NCBI GenBank assembly: GCA_964016885.1
Contig: OZ024743.1
Coordinates: 112,716,001 to 112,780,000, forward strand
Direction of reading: 5' to 3'
Length of the DNA stretch: 64,000 bases
Source of the DNA: Eledone cirrhosa
Taxonomy: Eukaryota
A model generated the notes under the pieces. It had not been told where the DNA came from and searched no databases. It was given only the letters and a program-made list of their open reading frames with translations. Every line of letters starts with the position of its first letter. Position 1 is the first letter of the stretch. A program made the translations under genes and the position numbers. Shown here piece by piece: positions 28,229 to 41,817 of this stretch.

Positions 28229-28667
28229 TACCACCAGCGTAATAATGAGAAATTTAGTTACATTACTAATTCCTTATAAATTATTTGAAACGTATAGTAA
28301 TAACTCTCATTAGAAATATGTTAATGAAAGAGCTAATGCGATCGATTCGTTTCGCAAGTAAGCTTCTCCTGATTGAATCGATGGCCTTGTGCCAATGTGT
28401 TAAAATCAATACTGTTTACAAAATTATTTTTGCGGCCTTAACTCTCTATTTACAACGTCACTTTCTATCTAAAATTTTCCACAATTGTCTCATATATTAT
28501 TTGCAACCATATTCCAACTTCTATTCTGTAATATTTAAATTACACTACGTTTTAATTTAATTTATTCCTTCGTGATAGTTCTGTTGCATGATTTTCATAT
28601 GTATCAAATACACACACACACACACACACAGACACACACGCGCGCGCGCACACACACATACACACAG

Positions 28668-28775
<108 letters not shown>

Positions 28776-28974
28776 ATACTTTGGGAGGGTCACGCTGGCA
28801 ATAAAAGCATACGCTCATGTTGGTTTTCAGTTCAATGTATTATAAACTCACAGTCGGTTAGTTTAATAACCGGATGGTAGTTTATTTGTTTGTCAAAGCT
28901 CTTCGTCATACATTCTATGACCTTCTATGACTTGTTCCATATAAATATTGGAGAAAATTTTGAAATAAGATAGA

Positions 28975-29780
28975 GAGAACTACGAAGAATAATAATAAGA
29001 TCAACTCGTGGAATGATAGCAATAAATACCAAAGTGTAATATTCGTCAATGCTACCCCAGAGGAGAACTAGCCTACAGATTTAGAAGCGCTATAGACAAA
29101 CTAAAATTAAATATTAAGTTAGTAGAAAAACCACGTATTCCCATAAAATCCCTAATTAGTAGAACATATATTTTTGAGAAAACCCTCCTACACTGATAAT
29201 AGAAAATGTATAGTCTGCAAATTAAGCCCTACAAAACTAGGCACGCATTATATAGCATTAGATGTACGGAGGAGAGTGTAGGAATAGGAATACGACTTAC
29301 ATAGGTGAGAAGGTCTGTAGTATAGGGAAAGCATTAAATGAACACTGGCGAAAACTGCAAGATGGGAAAAACTTCACCAAAATACCAGAGGGAACATGGG
29401 GGCACACTAGAGAACATAGAGATAAAAATCATATCCACACATAGAACAGACGCAATGCTCCGACAGATTATAGAGGCGACAAACATAAACGATCTCCAAC
29501 CAAAACTAAACAGAAAATATGAGTGGAATAGCAACAACATCACAACTAGTAACTAAGGACAAGACATACAGAGACACACATGAACCAAACTAATAAAAGA
29601 AACCAGACAGGGCACAGATAGACCAAGCATCCAACTAGTGACAAGTAAATAAACGTATAAATAAATAAATAAACACACACACATACACACACACGTACAC
29701 ACACGTGGATATAACGCATGCGCAACCCATGTACGCAGCACACTGTTCATAGCTCACGAAACCAAGATAGTGTAGCACAG
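28975..29780 (+). mobile_element. Penelope-like element relic (Neptune-like linker + GIY-YIG endonuclease, frameshifted, plus 3' region)
   Basis: Fragments SVIFVNATP..IKLVEKP..IKSLI; C..C; YIGE(K)..LNEH; IKIISTHRTDAMLRQIIEATNINDLQPKLNRKYE, which fits the R..E...I....P.LN GIY-YIG C-terminus. Confidence 0.8.
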
Positions 29781-30116
29781 AACATAGGAGAGACACAATA
29801 ATATGTATATATATATATAAAGATTATTTATCGGTGTATAAAAAATATATTGACTTACTGACCAATAACGCCTCAATGTAAATGCGCTAGATTTTCCGAA
29901 CAATGGAACTAACAAGATATTGTTATTGGTAACTCAATTTAGATATATTATACAAAAAAACGTATAGAGCGTATAAACATTTAGAACAAGGAAATATTAC
30001 TTACAGTTCTAATACGTACCGAGACAGCCGCTGTTTCTGAAGAAACATAATAATCACCACAATTATGAAATGTTCGTCAGTGAGTCAATCTTAATTAATC
30101 TATTAATTCATTCCAT

Positions 30117-30202
<86 letters not shown>

Positions 30203-30356
30203 TTAGTTATACTATGGTTATGTAAACACAAAACCTTAAGCAGTTGTAAGTATTTTACACACACCCTAAATAGTGGTAGGCAGTAATGTATTACTACCTT
30301 ATTACCAGTAAGTTAAGTAGCTCAATGTAAAAACATCAGATGATTTACAGAGCAGT

Positions 30357-31540
30357 TATATGAAATATAAGAATCAAAGAACTGTTCAAAACATTATTGT
30401 GCTTACAGCTGTTTCCTCCAAACCGAGGTTTGGATTCTTCGGAGCAATTTATTAATGCATGGACAGTTATATGACCTCCTTTTCAGCCGAGAGACATACC
30501 AACACATATTCAAACATTGATACATATTCAAACATTGTGGGTCAACATTCATTACAGAATTTAGAGTGGCAGTACACACTTCGAGATTACATTTATATTA
30601 ATAGGTACAATCAAAAATCAAAGATATAGGTTAAAGTACAACATGAAGATAAGTGGTTATATAGTGCAAATGTTATATGTGTGGCACGCATGTGCGTCTT
30701 GTTTATATAGTGTGGTAGAGGCACTTAGGTAGGTAAATAAGAGTGTTAGGTTGGTAGATCTGGTGGCAAAGTCTTTATATGATTGATATAGTCTGTGTGT
30801 GGAGAAATATTATAAGCATTAAAGATAGTGCAAGCATTAAAAGTGTTATAATTATTGGAGATGCACAGCGCAGGGATGTCAAGTAATTCATGTACTTCGG
30901 CATTTTCATGGTCAAGGAGACTACGATCTCTAACTGGATTGTCGTGGATTATGTGAAAGGCATATAATCGAAATATACACTCCCTTGACCATGAAAATGC
31001 CGAAGTACATGAATTACTTGACATCCCTGCGCTGTGCATCTCCAATAATTATAACACTTTTAATGCTTGCACTATCTTTAATGCTTATAATATTTCTCCA
31101 CACACAGACTATATCAATCATATAAAGACTTTGCCACCAGATCTACCAACCTAACACTCTTATTTACCTACCTAAGTGCCTCTACCACACTATATAAACA
31201 AGACGCACATGCGTGCCACACATATAACATTTGCACTATATAACCACTTATCTTCATGTTGTACTTTAACCTATATCTTTGATTTTTGATTGTACCTATT
31301 AATATAAATGTAATCTCGAAGTGTGTACTGCCACTCTAAATTCTGTAATGAATGTTGACCCACAATGTTTGAATATGTATCAATGTTTGAATATGTGTTG
31401 GTATGTCTCTCGGCTGAAAAGGAGGTCATATAACTGTCCATGCATTAATAAATTGCTCCGAAGAATCCAAACCTCGGTTTGGAGGAAACAGCTGTAAGCA
31501 CAATAATGTTTTGAACAGTTCTTTGATTCTTATATTTCAT

Positions 31541-31543
<3 letters not shown>
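30357..31543. repeat. Large palindrome: 561-bp arms (30357-30917 and 30983-31543) with a 65-bp spacer; inverted PLE pseudo-LTR
   Basis: The arms are reverse complements with no mismatch seen by eye (coordinate sum 61900). Each arm carries an HHR. The spacer reads RGLCERHIIEIYTP, resembling a GIY-YIG C-terminus. (TA)n lies nearby on both sides. Confidence 0.92.
31454..31500 (+). ncRNA. Minimal hammerhead ribozyme, CCGAAGA core variant (mirror copy on - strand at 30400-30446)
   Basis: Stem I TGCT/AGCA; CCGAAGA; stem II TCCAAAC-CTCG-GTTTGGA; GAAA; palindromic CAGCTG; GTA triplet. Confidence 0.75.
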
Positions 31544-31572
<29 letters not shown>

Positions 31573-31682
31573 ATTCAGAATGGATGCAGTACAAACCTGT
31601 TAGACAATTACTCACATACACGGTATATATATATGTGTGTGGGTGTGTGGGTGTGGATGTGGGGGTGTGGGGGTGGGGGTGT

Positions 31683-31744
<62 letters not shown>

Positions 31745-31828
31745 AACAAATCATACACAAAACGCCAGCACCAACAGTTTTCCAATTCCAACCCACCGTC
31801 CCCTCAATCTATTTTATTTGTCATTCTT

Positions 31829-31864
31829 TCTTCTGATGAAGGACTAGCGTCCGAAACGTTAAGA
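31829..31864 (+). ncRNA. Minimal PLE-type hammerhead ribozyme
   Basis: TCTT-CTGATGA-A-GGAC-TAGC-GTCC-GAAA-CG-TT-AAGA: stem I TCTT/AAGA, palindromic ACGT stem III (dimer type), GTT triplet. Confidence 0.75.
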
Positions 31865-31954
31865 CCCTCTTCCTGCTATATCAAGCGTTAACCTAATATA
31901 TACCTTCCATATACTGTACCGATTGTGTTGTTATTTCTGTTTACCTTTTACATA

Positions 31955-32016
<62 letters not shown>

Positions 32017-32924
32017 TAATAGTCGATATAAAAGTCCACCCCCTTTCTTTGTCCAAAATATCTGGAATATTCCATAGACCTTTTAAAAAAGTTGTTCATA
32101 ATATTATGTACATAATACCTTGACCCACAATATCTGTGGGTCAAGGTATTATATTGTACGTAAAAATAACATTGTTATAAAATCATGAATTTAAAGCAAA
32201 TATATGCTGTTGCAAATATATGTCTGAAACTAAATATTTATCGAAATGTTTACCTACCTATAGCTGGAATGTCTGGTGCTAATTGCAGAATGCTTAGTAC
32301 TTATAGTAAAACACCATATATTAGCAAGCACTACACATCTTTTGATGGGTGAAACTCCAGCATTACTAAAATGTATGTGCAAGATGTGCTACAAGCCTGC
32401 AGCCTTTATATGTTCGTTGCCAAACACAATAAACACATGCGTCACATCTCGTCTCATCGTCTGTTTGCATGGTGAGACACGTGTTTCCTAGACATCGCTG
32501 TTGCGGAACACTAGCAATCGCCACTCTCTCATTTCGTATGATAGGATGACTTCGGGCGTGTATTTTGATGCATAGAATCGGTAATATTACTCTAATCATT
32601 ATGATTTTGTTTTTATTCATTTAGAGATCAGATGGGCTTCTACTACTGATAGGTACTTTGGATTCTAGCTTGAATCTTAAGCCCATAAATGTAGTAAGCA
32701 TCCATATCATAGTCGACTCTATAAATTTAACCTTAAAAATAGTCTAAAAATGTGACATTTAAACGGGTATATACGATATATATATATATATATATACATA
32801 CAAACATACATATATATATATATATATATATATGCGTGCGTGTGTAAGTGTATGCATATATATATATGTATATATATGTATTATATTTCATGTAATATAT
32901 ATTTTATTGTTGTTTTTATTATTA

Positions 32925-33482
32925 TTATGGTGGATTGGCAGTATCGGTAGAGGGTCTGACGCCATGCTTTGTAGCAAAGAGTTACGGTCCTTTATGGTCC
33001 GAGTTCAAATCCCGCCGGGTTAACTTTGCCTTTCATCCTTACAGGGTCGATAAAATAAAGTATCAGTAATATACTGGGATAATTGCTGGCCTTGTGCCAA
33101 AAGTAGAAACAGTTATTATTATTAGTAGTAGCAGTAGTAGTAGTAGTAGTGTTATTATTACTATTACCTATATATTTATTTTGTTTATTTATTCAGTAGT
33201 AAGGGCGGTGGATTGGCAGTATCGATAGAGGGTCGGACGCCATGCTTTGACGTATAGTGTTACGGCCGTTGCCTTTCTGAGTTCAAATCCCGCCGATGTT
33301 AACTTTGCCTTTCATCCTTACGGGGTCGATAAAATAAAGTACCAGTAATGCACTGAGTAATTGCTGGCCTTGTGCCAAAAGTAGAAACAATTATTATTAG
33401 TAGTAGTAGCAGCAGTAGTAGTAGTAGTAGTAGTAGTGTTATTATTACTATTACCTATATATTTATTTTATTTATTTATTCA
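32925..33482 (+). mobile_element. Two tandem SINE copies, each followed by the same (AGT)n-containing ~85-bp tail
   Basis: SINEs at ~32925-33112 and ~33200-33390; GTGTTATTATTACTATTACCTATATATTTATTTT follows both. Confidence 0.85.
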
Positions 33483-34339
33483 TTGCTTTTGAAATTGGTA
33501 ATATAGGTGTTTATCACTCTTCTAACTTTCAGAAGTAAAATAGATAGATAAATAAACAAATAAAACTTATTTATTTCTTCCATCTTTTATTGTAGTGGGT
33601 AAAGATGATTTCTTTAGAATTCCGTTTATATTTGTTATTGTTGTTGCTGCTTTATCTATTTTATTGTTACTTTTGTTTACTTTTCATTTATATATTACTT
33701 ATTTTCTTTCACCTTGTTTCATCTCTTTAGGGATTTCATCGATTTCCAATGGAGGAAAACTTGTCAGAATATTAATAATACAACATCGGGTATCAGATAA
33801 CTTGTTTACGTCTTATTTTTTCGTCTTATCTAAAATGGATAAGAGTTTTTTCTTGTTTTCAACTGTTCAAACATTGTCTTTGTAGATATTTAGTTTTAAG
33901 TGATGCGATTTTTTTAATGATTTTTTTTTCTTGTATATATTTTTATTATATGTGTCTGTGTTCTTCGATAATATTTTTCTCTAACTGTTATTAGTAAATG
34001 GCTAGCAAGCTAGCGAGCTATCGTGAAGAATTTGGTAACTGAAACATTCCAACTTTGAAATAAAGAAAGCAATAACATGTAGAAAAAGTTCAAAACTTTC
34101 TATTATAATAACATTTAAGCTCGTACCCAATCCGAAGAAACTGCAATAAATAAAAGTGGATACAAAATGGCGAAAAGAAATATACATACATACATAAATA
34201 AGTAGTACTGGATGCCACGCGATCATAGACGCATGCGCAAGAAAAACAAGCACACAAGCACCTTCAAGCAAGATCCTTGGGTTGTATGTGTCGGTGGTAT
34301 GTGGCTATGCGTGCGTACACGTTCATGCATCAGAAAGTG

Positions 34340-34565
34340 TAAGTGGCTGAGCATATTATAAACACGTGAACCCTTAACCTAGTTCTTGGATTGATTCAAT
34401 CTGACACATGGCTGCCGCTGTGAATTATGGGTATAACTCTTGTTTGTTTGTTTGTTTTTTTATTGGACTGGAGTAATGAAAAAAAAAAGTATCTTGCTCA
34501 ACACACTGCCAGGAATCAAACTCTTGACTTTACAATAGAAAGCCAAAACACTGTAACGATAAGGT
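34340..34565 (-). mobile_element. Degenerate SINE of a second (CORE-like) family
   Basis: AAGTATCTTGCTCAACACACTGCCAGGAATCAAACTC resembles the reverse complement of a B-box followed by TTGAGCAAGA.ACTT (CORE-like). Confidence 0.5.
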
Positions 34566-35434
34566 ACGTGCCTTTACTATGAGAGTATGAATGCATGAAT
34601 CCATATCTCTTGATAAATCATAGGGGCGCCATCTTGACATTTTAAACATAGACTAACAGAAACCCATCCCCTCCATGTTTGAACACTGATGATTTCTTCT
34701 AGACAGAGTGATAGAGAGGAAGTGAGAAAGAGATAAAGAGAAAAAAATCGACCTCGGTACTGGACTGCTACTTTGTTATCGACGTCGAAAGGATTAAAGA
34801 CAAAGTTGATCTCGGCTGGATTTGAACGCAAAGAGCGCAGAGAGCGGGAACAAATAATGTAGCAGACGTTCTAACGTCTGTCAATTTACTGACTCGCTGT
34901 GGTGGCATTAAAGGAAGGAATAAGAAACGGCGGAAATGATGGAAGAAGGATAGGAGGAAGATAAGAAAAGAAAGAAAAAAAGAAAGAAAGAAAAAAAGAA
35001 AGAAAGAAAGAAAGAAATGAAGAAAGAAAGAAAGACAAAAGACAGAAAGAAAGGAATAAAGAGAGAAAGAAAGAAAGAGAGAAATAAAGAGAGGAAGAAA
35101 GAAAATAAAATGAAAAAGAAAGAAAGAAAGAAAGAAAGAGAAAGGAAAGAAAGAAAGAATGAAAGAAAGAAGAGAGTATATTCCTTTTGAAATTATGTAA
35201 TTAGTAGTGGTGGTGATAGCGATACACTGTTGGTATATATTGGACATAAAAACAAGATGTCGTATTGAAATATTTCCACGTTTGTCATTCCTGTGTAAAC
35301 AAGGATATAAAAACCAGTTGAATGTAGAATCTATATAAATCTTCGTTTGGTGCTTATTTGCTTTAAAATTTGTTCTCCACCAGATATCTATCATATATTA
35401 TCTACAGGCATAGAGTTAGCTAGTTTTATATCTC

Positions 35435-35539
<105 letters not shown>

Positions 35540-35605
35540 TAGTAGTAGTAGCAGCAGCAGCTGCAGTAGTAGTAGCAGCAGCTGCAGTAGTAGTAGTAGT
35601 ACTAC

Positions 35606-35649
<44 letters not shown>

Positions 35650-36109
35650 CCATCCGCACAATTTGTTCCGATGTTTGAGGCTGCCGTTTATTCAACACTT
35701 ACCGGAAGCTGTAACATCCATCCATATCTTTTTAATCATGCTGCCTTGATGCATCCATAGAAGCAAAGGTTCAAAGGCGAGTGTCCATTATGGCCGGAAC
35801 TTTCGTGCTAAGGTCAGTCCTTTATGAAGTGCTAACAAGCTTATCGCTGTTTAATGAGTATGTCCGGAATATTCTGCCTTTGACAAATTAACCCAACCCC
35901 CTTAGCACTACTAAACCCTTCACCCTTTCCTGTCTTTACGATTTCACTGATCAAATTTTCCATCAGACGCCATTTCTAACTCCATTTCCTAAATTCTCTC
36001 CCTCCATCTCTGCATTTTTCTCTCTTTCTGCCTCCCTCTCTCTGTATATCTCCTTCTCTCCAATTTTAACTATCTTTCCTTCCCTCCATCTATCTCTCCC
36101 CTCCCCCTC

Positions 36110-36203
<94 letters not shown>

Positions 36204-36613
36204 ACTCTCTCCTTCTCTCCAATGTTAACTCTCTTTCTTTCCCTCTATCTATCTCGCCCCCTCCTATCTATTTATCATGTTATCTGTCTACCTTTCACTT
36301 TCTATCTCGTTCTCATTCTCTATCTTTTTCTATGTCTTATTTCCTTCGCTTATCTTTCAATAATGTCTTTCTTTTAATCTCTATTTTACTCTATTCTATT
36401 CTATATGTTTTCCCCACTGTGTATCGATTTATCTATTTATCCATCTATGTTATCTGCATGTTTGTATATCTTGCTCTCTACTTCCTTTTCTTCCACTTTC
36501 TTTCATATATACATATGAAAATTGAAAATTGGTTGTCTTGTAGCGGCTTCCAAGATATAACCGATTTTCATATCCCACAATGCTTCAAGCAAACTACAAA
36601 ACTCTCTCTCTCT

Positions 36614-36644
<31 letters not shown>

Positions 36645-36732
36645 ATAATAATAAATCTGAAGACTAAAATCCAAAGAGGGCTCGATAAGGATAAATATAT
36701 ATCAAATATATAAGAACCCTAGAGCAAATATT

Positions 36733-36859
36733 TATTAAAATAACAGATTAAAGTTTAAAGAAAGAATCGCTGCTATCACCCTTAATAGGATCTTCTGAGT
36801 TTCAGAGGATCCCGTTAAGGGTGAAAGCAGCAATACTTTGCTTAAACTTTAATCTGTTA

Positions 36860-36867
<8 letters not shown>
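36733..36867. repeat. Fold-back palindrome of an HHR-like tail next to (TA)n
   Basis: TATTAAAATAACAGATTAAAGTTTAA ... TTAAACTTTAATCTGTTATTTTAATA. The arms start at CAGA(A/G)GA-TCCC-GTTAA-GGGT-GAAA. Confidence 0.8.
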
Positions 36868-36950
<83 letters not shown>

Positions 36951-37014
36951 TAGTAGAACACTTGAGGGCTATATCCGTAGTAGTAGAGCACTCAGTCTAT
37001 AGGACGAGTTTGGT

Positions 37015-37140
37015 AGAAGTATCACAACAGTTAGTTCACCATACCCAGAACAAATGTTTCACCTTGCGGGTCCCGAGCTGAGGATCTGCAAGGTGAAACA
37101 TTTGTTCTCGGTATGGTGAACTAACTGTTGTGATACTTCT
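37015..37140. repeat. Fold-back palindrome containing an intact hammerhead motif (37073-37111, +)
   Basis: CCGAG-CTGAGGA-TCTGCAAGGT-GAAA-CATTTG-TT-CTCGG (stem I CCGAG/CTCGG); arms AGAAGTATCACAACAGTTAGTTCACCATACC / GGTATGGTGAACTAACTGTTGTGATACTTCT. Confidence 0.85.
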
Positions 37141-37155
37141 TCTATATATATATAT

Positions 37156-37332
37156 AAATAAAGAAAGTGTGGTAAGGAACCAGGTGAACCATAATGCACC
37201 AGAGTACTCGATACTTAGGGTAGTGGAGTGGGTAATAGAAAAAGAGTCAGAACCCCGACGGCTAGCCTCTGGCCGTTTCAACAACTAGATCCGAACTGTT
37301 CGGAGCGCAGCCGTCGGGGTCCTGATTCTTTT

Positions 37333-37335
<3 letters not shown>
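37156..37335. mobile_element. Second copy of the 543-722 hairpin element
   Basis: Same body and same terminal fold-back; (TA)n on both sides. Confidence 0.75.
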
Positions 37336-37424
<89 letters not shown>

Positions 37425-37612
37425 CAAATTATAAACGTAAACATGTAAGTATGTTTTTGAAACGGTGCGCGAGTTTGAAATTAGAAATTAGAAATTATAA
37501 GCTTTCACCGTATTTTAGACTAAAGAAATTTCTAGCCTGATAGTGGGGTTTATAACCCTCGGAGAAATGGAAAAAGATGAGTGTTGCCGTATGTATATAT
37601 ATATATATACAT

Positions 37613-37643
<31 letters not shown>

Positions 37644-37658
37644 AATATATATACACAT

Positions 37659-37762
<104 letters not shown>

Positions 37763-37794
37763 ATAAGATGGATTCGGTTAGAAACTAGTTAGAC

Positions 37795-37983
37795 CAGGCA
37801 TGTCAGACATGCGGCCCTTTACAAGTACACCTGCGGTCCGAACAAAGGTTTTTACAGCACTAGCGTAATATAAAATAAAAAAATATTAGTTGTAATGTGC
37901 GCAATTAGTTGTCATGTGTGACCCTCAGACAAGACATATGTGGCCCATGTGGCCCTCGGGGGACTCTCTGTTTGACATGCCTG
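37795..37983. mobile_element. hAT (Charlie-like) MITE, 189 bp, nested in a third copy of the 543-722 family
   Basis: TIRs CAGGCATGTCAGAC / GTTTGACATGCCTG; 8-bp TSD AGTTAGAC / GGTTAGAC; subterminal TG(C/T)GGCCC motifs. Confidence 0.88.
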
Positions 37984-38384
37984 GGTTAGACCATTACTCA
38001 CCAGATTACTCGATACTAGGAGTAGTAGAGTATGGTTATATAAATGAGTCAACCGTCGGGGTTCTAACTCATTCATACATACATATATGGTGGCTGCCAA
38101 CTCGTTTTCGAGTACGGCCACTACTTTATATCCATGTAGGAGAACCCCTACCGATGCGCTGAATAAGTGTGACTTTTTAGTCCAGCCAGCGACTTGAAAA
38201 CTCTGGTACAAACACTACACCTGTGACAATTATTGACACATAGTGCTGGGCCCATGGTACCATGTGATGACAAGTGCAGAGAGATCTCCAGATACAAAGC
38301 AATGCCTGTGCCCTGAAGCTTTTATAGTGAGCAAAGGCACTGCACAAAGCCAGTCCCAGTCTCTTAACCAAGATGATATTTACC

Positions 38385-38729
38385 AAAAAGAAGAACAAGT
38401 CAACATCATTGGATACCATCAGGGTTGCAGGTGTTATATCAGAGTTTTCCTTCTCCTAGAATTCTGCCTTGACAAAGGCTAAGGGGTCATCTCTCCCGGT
38501 GATTTTGGATGGCCATTGACTCTTAAGAGCTCCTTTGCCCTTTGACAGGTTTTGTTTTTAGTCCTGCAGGATGTCCAAAGTCACCCTCCTCACCAAGAAA
38601 CCTTGGTGGGGTTGCCACTTTAGTCGCCAACGACCCGACCATGGGACAGGTTGTACTGGGATACATGTTACCAGTAGCACCACCTGGTGACCTGACATAG
38701 ATACATACATACATACATACATACATACA

Positions 38730-38763
<34 letters not shown>

Positions 38764-39410
38764 CATACATACATACATGATGCCTGCCCTCTCGTTATCG
38801 AGTATGGCCATTGCACAGTATAACATTATTAATAATTCTGAATTAATGCTATCGTGCAACGCTTGTGCGTGAAGATTATTTTAAAAGTGAGGAAAGACTG
38901 TGTACTGAGCCAATCCTTCTCTCTGAGAAACAGTAGCTATAACCCGAAAAGAAGAAAAGATCAACATCATCGGTAACTACTGAGCCGCAGGTTTATGTCG
39001 GAGTTATCCTAGTTTCCTGAGTTGCCTTCTTCAAGGAGAATGCCCTGAAAAAGCTAGAGGTCCTTCACTCCCACTGGTTTAACCGCGCGATCGGGTGTCC
39101 AGCCAGACTATTTCTATGTCCTCGCGCATATACATACACATGCACCCATGCATATACACATATACATATACATACATATGTACATGTCTATATACATATT
39201 TACACATTTTTGGAAGGCCGTTGACTCTTATGAGTTCTTCCGCCCTTTGTCAGGTTTTGTTTTCTTGTCCTGCAGGGTGTTCAAGATCACCCTCCTCACC
39301 AAGTAAACTTGGTGGGGTTGCCGGTTTAGTCGCCGACGACCCGACCATGCGACAGATTGTACTTGGCTGCATGTTACCAGTAGCACTCAAGAGTGACCCG
39401 ACATACATAC
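38385..39410 (-). mobile_element. Two diverged copies (~38385-38700 and ~38945-39405) of a non-coding retroposon-like repeat abutting (ACAT)n
   Basis: Shared CACCCTCCTCACCAAG..CTTGGTGGGGTTGCC..TTTAGTCGCC.ACGACCCGACCATG..CATGTTACCAGTAGCAC. Orientation is inferred. Confidence 0.7.
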
Positions 39411-39429
39411 GTACATATATACATACATA

Positions 39430-39735
39430 CTGCCTCAATACACATCTTGATAAGCTAGGCTTCACAGGAACAAAAAGGACACGACTAGTTAGGAAATTAC
39501 AAGTACAATCCATTAATGGAACAGTAAAAATATGTAAAACATTCCAAAAATGTTGCATCTAATAACTGCATATACACATCCACACATACAATAACATCAA
39601 TATCTATACATGCATACATATCTACCTAGTTGATGTTGTATAAATTCAAATGAGAGAGTCCTGTATCTATGTTAGAAACCGACTTTCTCTTTATTGGTAA
39701 AACTTTGTGAAATTATAAAACCAGAAGAACATACA
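39430..39735 (+). mobile_element. Short 3' end of an RLE-type LINE flanked by (ACAT)n
   Basis: CLNTHLDKLGFTGTKRTRLVRKLQVQSINGTVKICKTF resembles the LQ.....GT..I C-terminus of R4/NeSL-like proteins; ACATACATAC on both sides. Confidence 0.55.
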
Positions 39736-39789
39736 TACAAAAATGTATTATTGTACAAAATATAATTTAGAGATATATCAGATGAAAGA

Positions 39790-40300
39790 ATGGTATTTAA
39801 CTAATGTATTGGTACGCGATGGGGCCCACCCACAGCCCGAGCGGACAGAATGGAGAAGGCGTTTCCCCGGAAGACGGCAAGGGAGACGCGCTGGAAAAGC
39901 CACTCCAACTCGCGGAGCTCACACCTGCGGCCGGCCAGCTCACTGCCTATGGTGGTGAGTAAGGATGTAGCCCTGGGGCCGAGGAACCAGAAGTCTCCAC
40001 TGCCAGGGGAACGACCGCAAACCTGTCGGAGAGCGACCGGTATTTGAGGAGTTTGGCCCCCTCAGCCCGACATGCAGCAGAACCTGGGTCAGTCGCAGAC
40101 TGCACCAGGTTGCGGCTGCAGAAAGTGTCGGTGCAACTGGCATCCCAGACGAGAGTCTGGAGCTGTTGAAGCCTGGACCTGATGGTGGAGTGGATGTCCG
40201 GCGGGACATCCTCTTTGGGGGTCACCTGAACCTGGCGGAGAATGGACCGCACGTCCAAGACGGAGGCTGCAAAGCTCGCAGCATCGAGGCTAACGTTATA
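39790..40300 (-). mobile_element. CRE-clade-like LINE RLE fragment
   Basis: LVWDASCTDTF..SAACRAEGAKLLKYRSL..VPLAVETSG; after a frameshift, IGSELAGR..EWLFQRVSLAVFRGNAFSIL. Confidence 0.8.
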
Positions 40301-40739
40301 CATGCATACATAATGCGCTCATCCAGAAATAAATTATGTACTCTTTCTACTCATTTAGGAGTTTGTCATCACCATGTTCTGCTTCGATCGTCACGTTTAC
40401 TATATAATTCATGTCTGTGTTCCGTACTGCACTTTCGTTTCGTTCTTCATCTTGTAAAATACTCCAGGTCAGTATTTAGCTATCTAGTTAGACACCGCGG
40501 CCCAGAATGGACCAGCAGGGTCGAATCTGCGTAAGGCCATCTCAACAGCCTTTAACCACAAATTTATTGTTTTTATCATAATTTTGTATCATCTATATCC
40601 AATCTCGTCCCGAATCAGACTATACATGTGGCAGTATCAGATTTATATATTATCTGTTGACAATTTTGTAATATTTTCTGTGACGTACACGGCTACCTCC
40701 TCCTTTGCTTTTTCACTCCGTATATATATATATATACAT

Positions 40740-40838
<99 letters not shown>

Positions 40839-40876
40839 AGGAGGTTATAGTTCACTTGAAGCATTGTGTAATGAGG

Positions 40877-41441
<565 letters not shown>

Positions 41442-41771
41442 GTCTGTGTCTCTGTGTCTGTGTCTGTGTGCATGCGTGTGTGTGTATATATATTATATGC
41501 TGTGCTGGCAGATGGCCAGTTGGGGCATTGCATCCAACACTCTAACTGGTAGAGGACTAACTATCCTGATATAAGCACTCAACTACTTCAAATATCATCT
41601 GGTTTTTACATCAATTTGTTCGGAAAATTTCATTACACATGTTTTAGCGGGTTTGCCGACAATGCAGCGTGTTGGTTCCAAAGCATCAATCCAGTCCCTT
41701 CAGATGCAAAAACCCATTATGTATGCGTATTCTTCACTATATATATAGATGTGTGTGTATATATGTATGTA

Positions 41772-41817
<46 letters not shown>

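Noticed and set aside
32366-32620. Cys-containing minus-strand ORF loosely like a piggyBac C-terminal Cys-rich domain
   Set aside because: The spacing fits only with a frameshift, and no TIRs or catalytic region were found.
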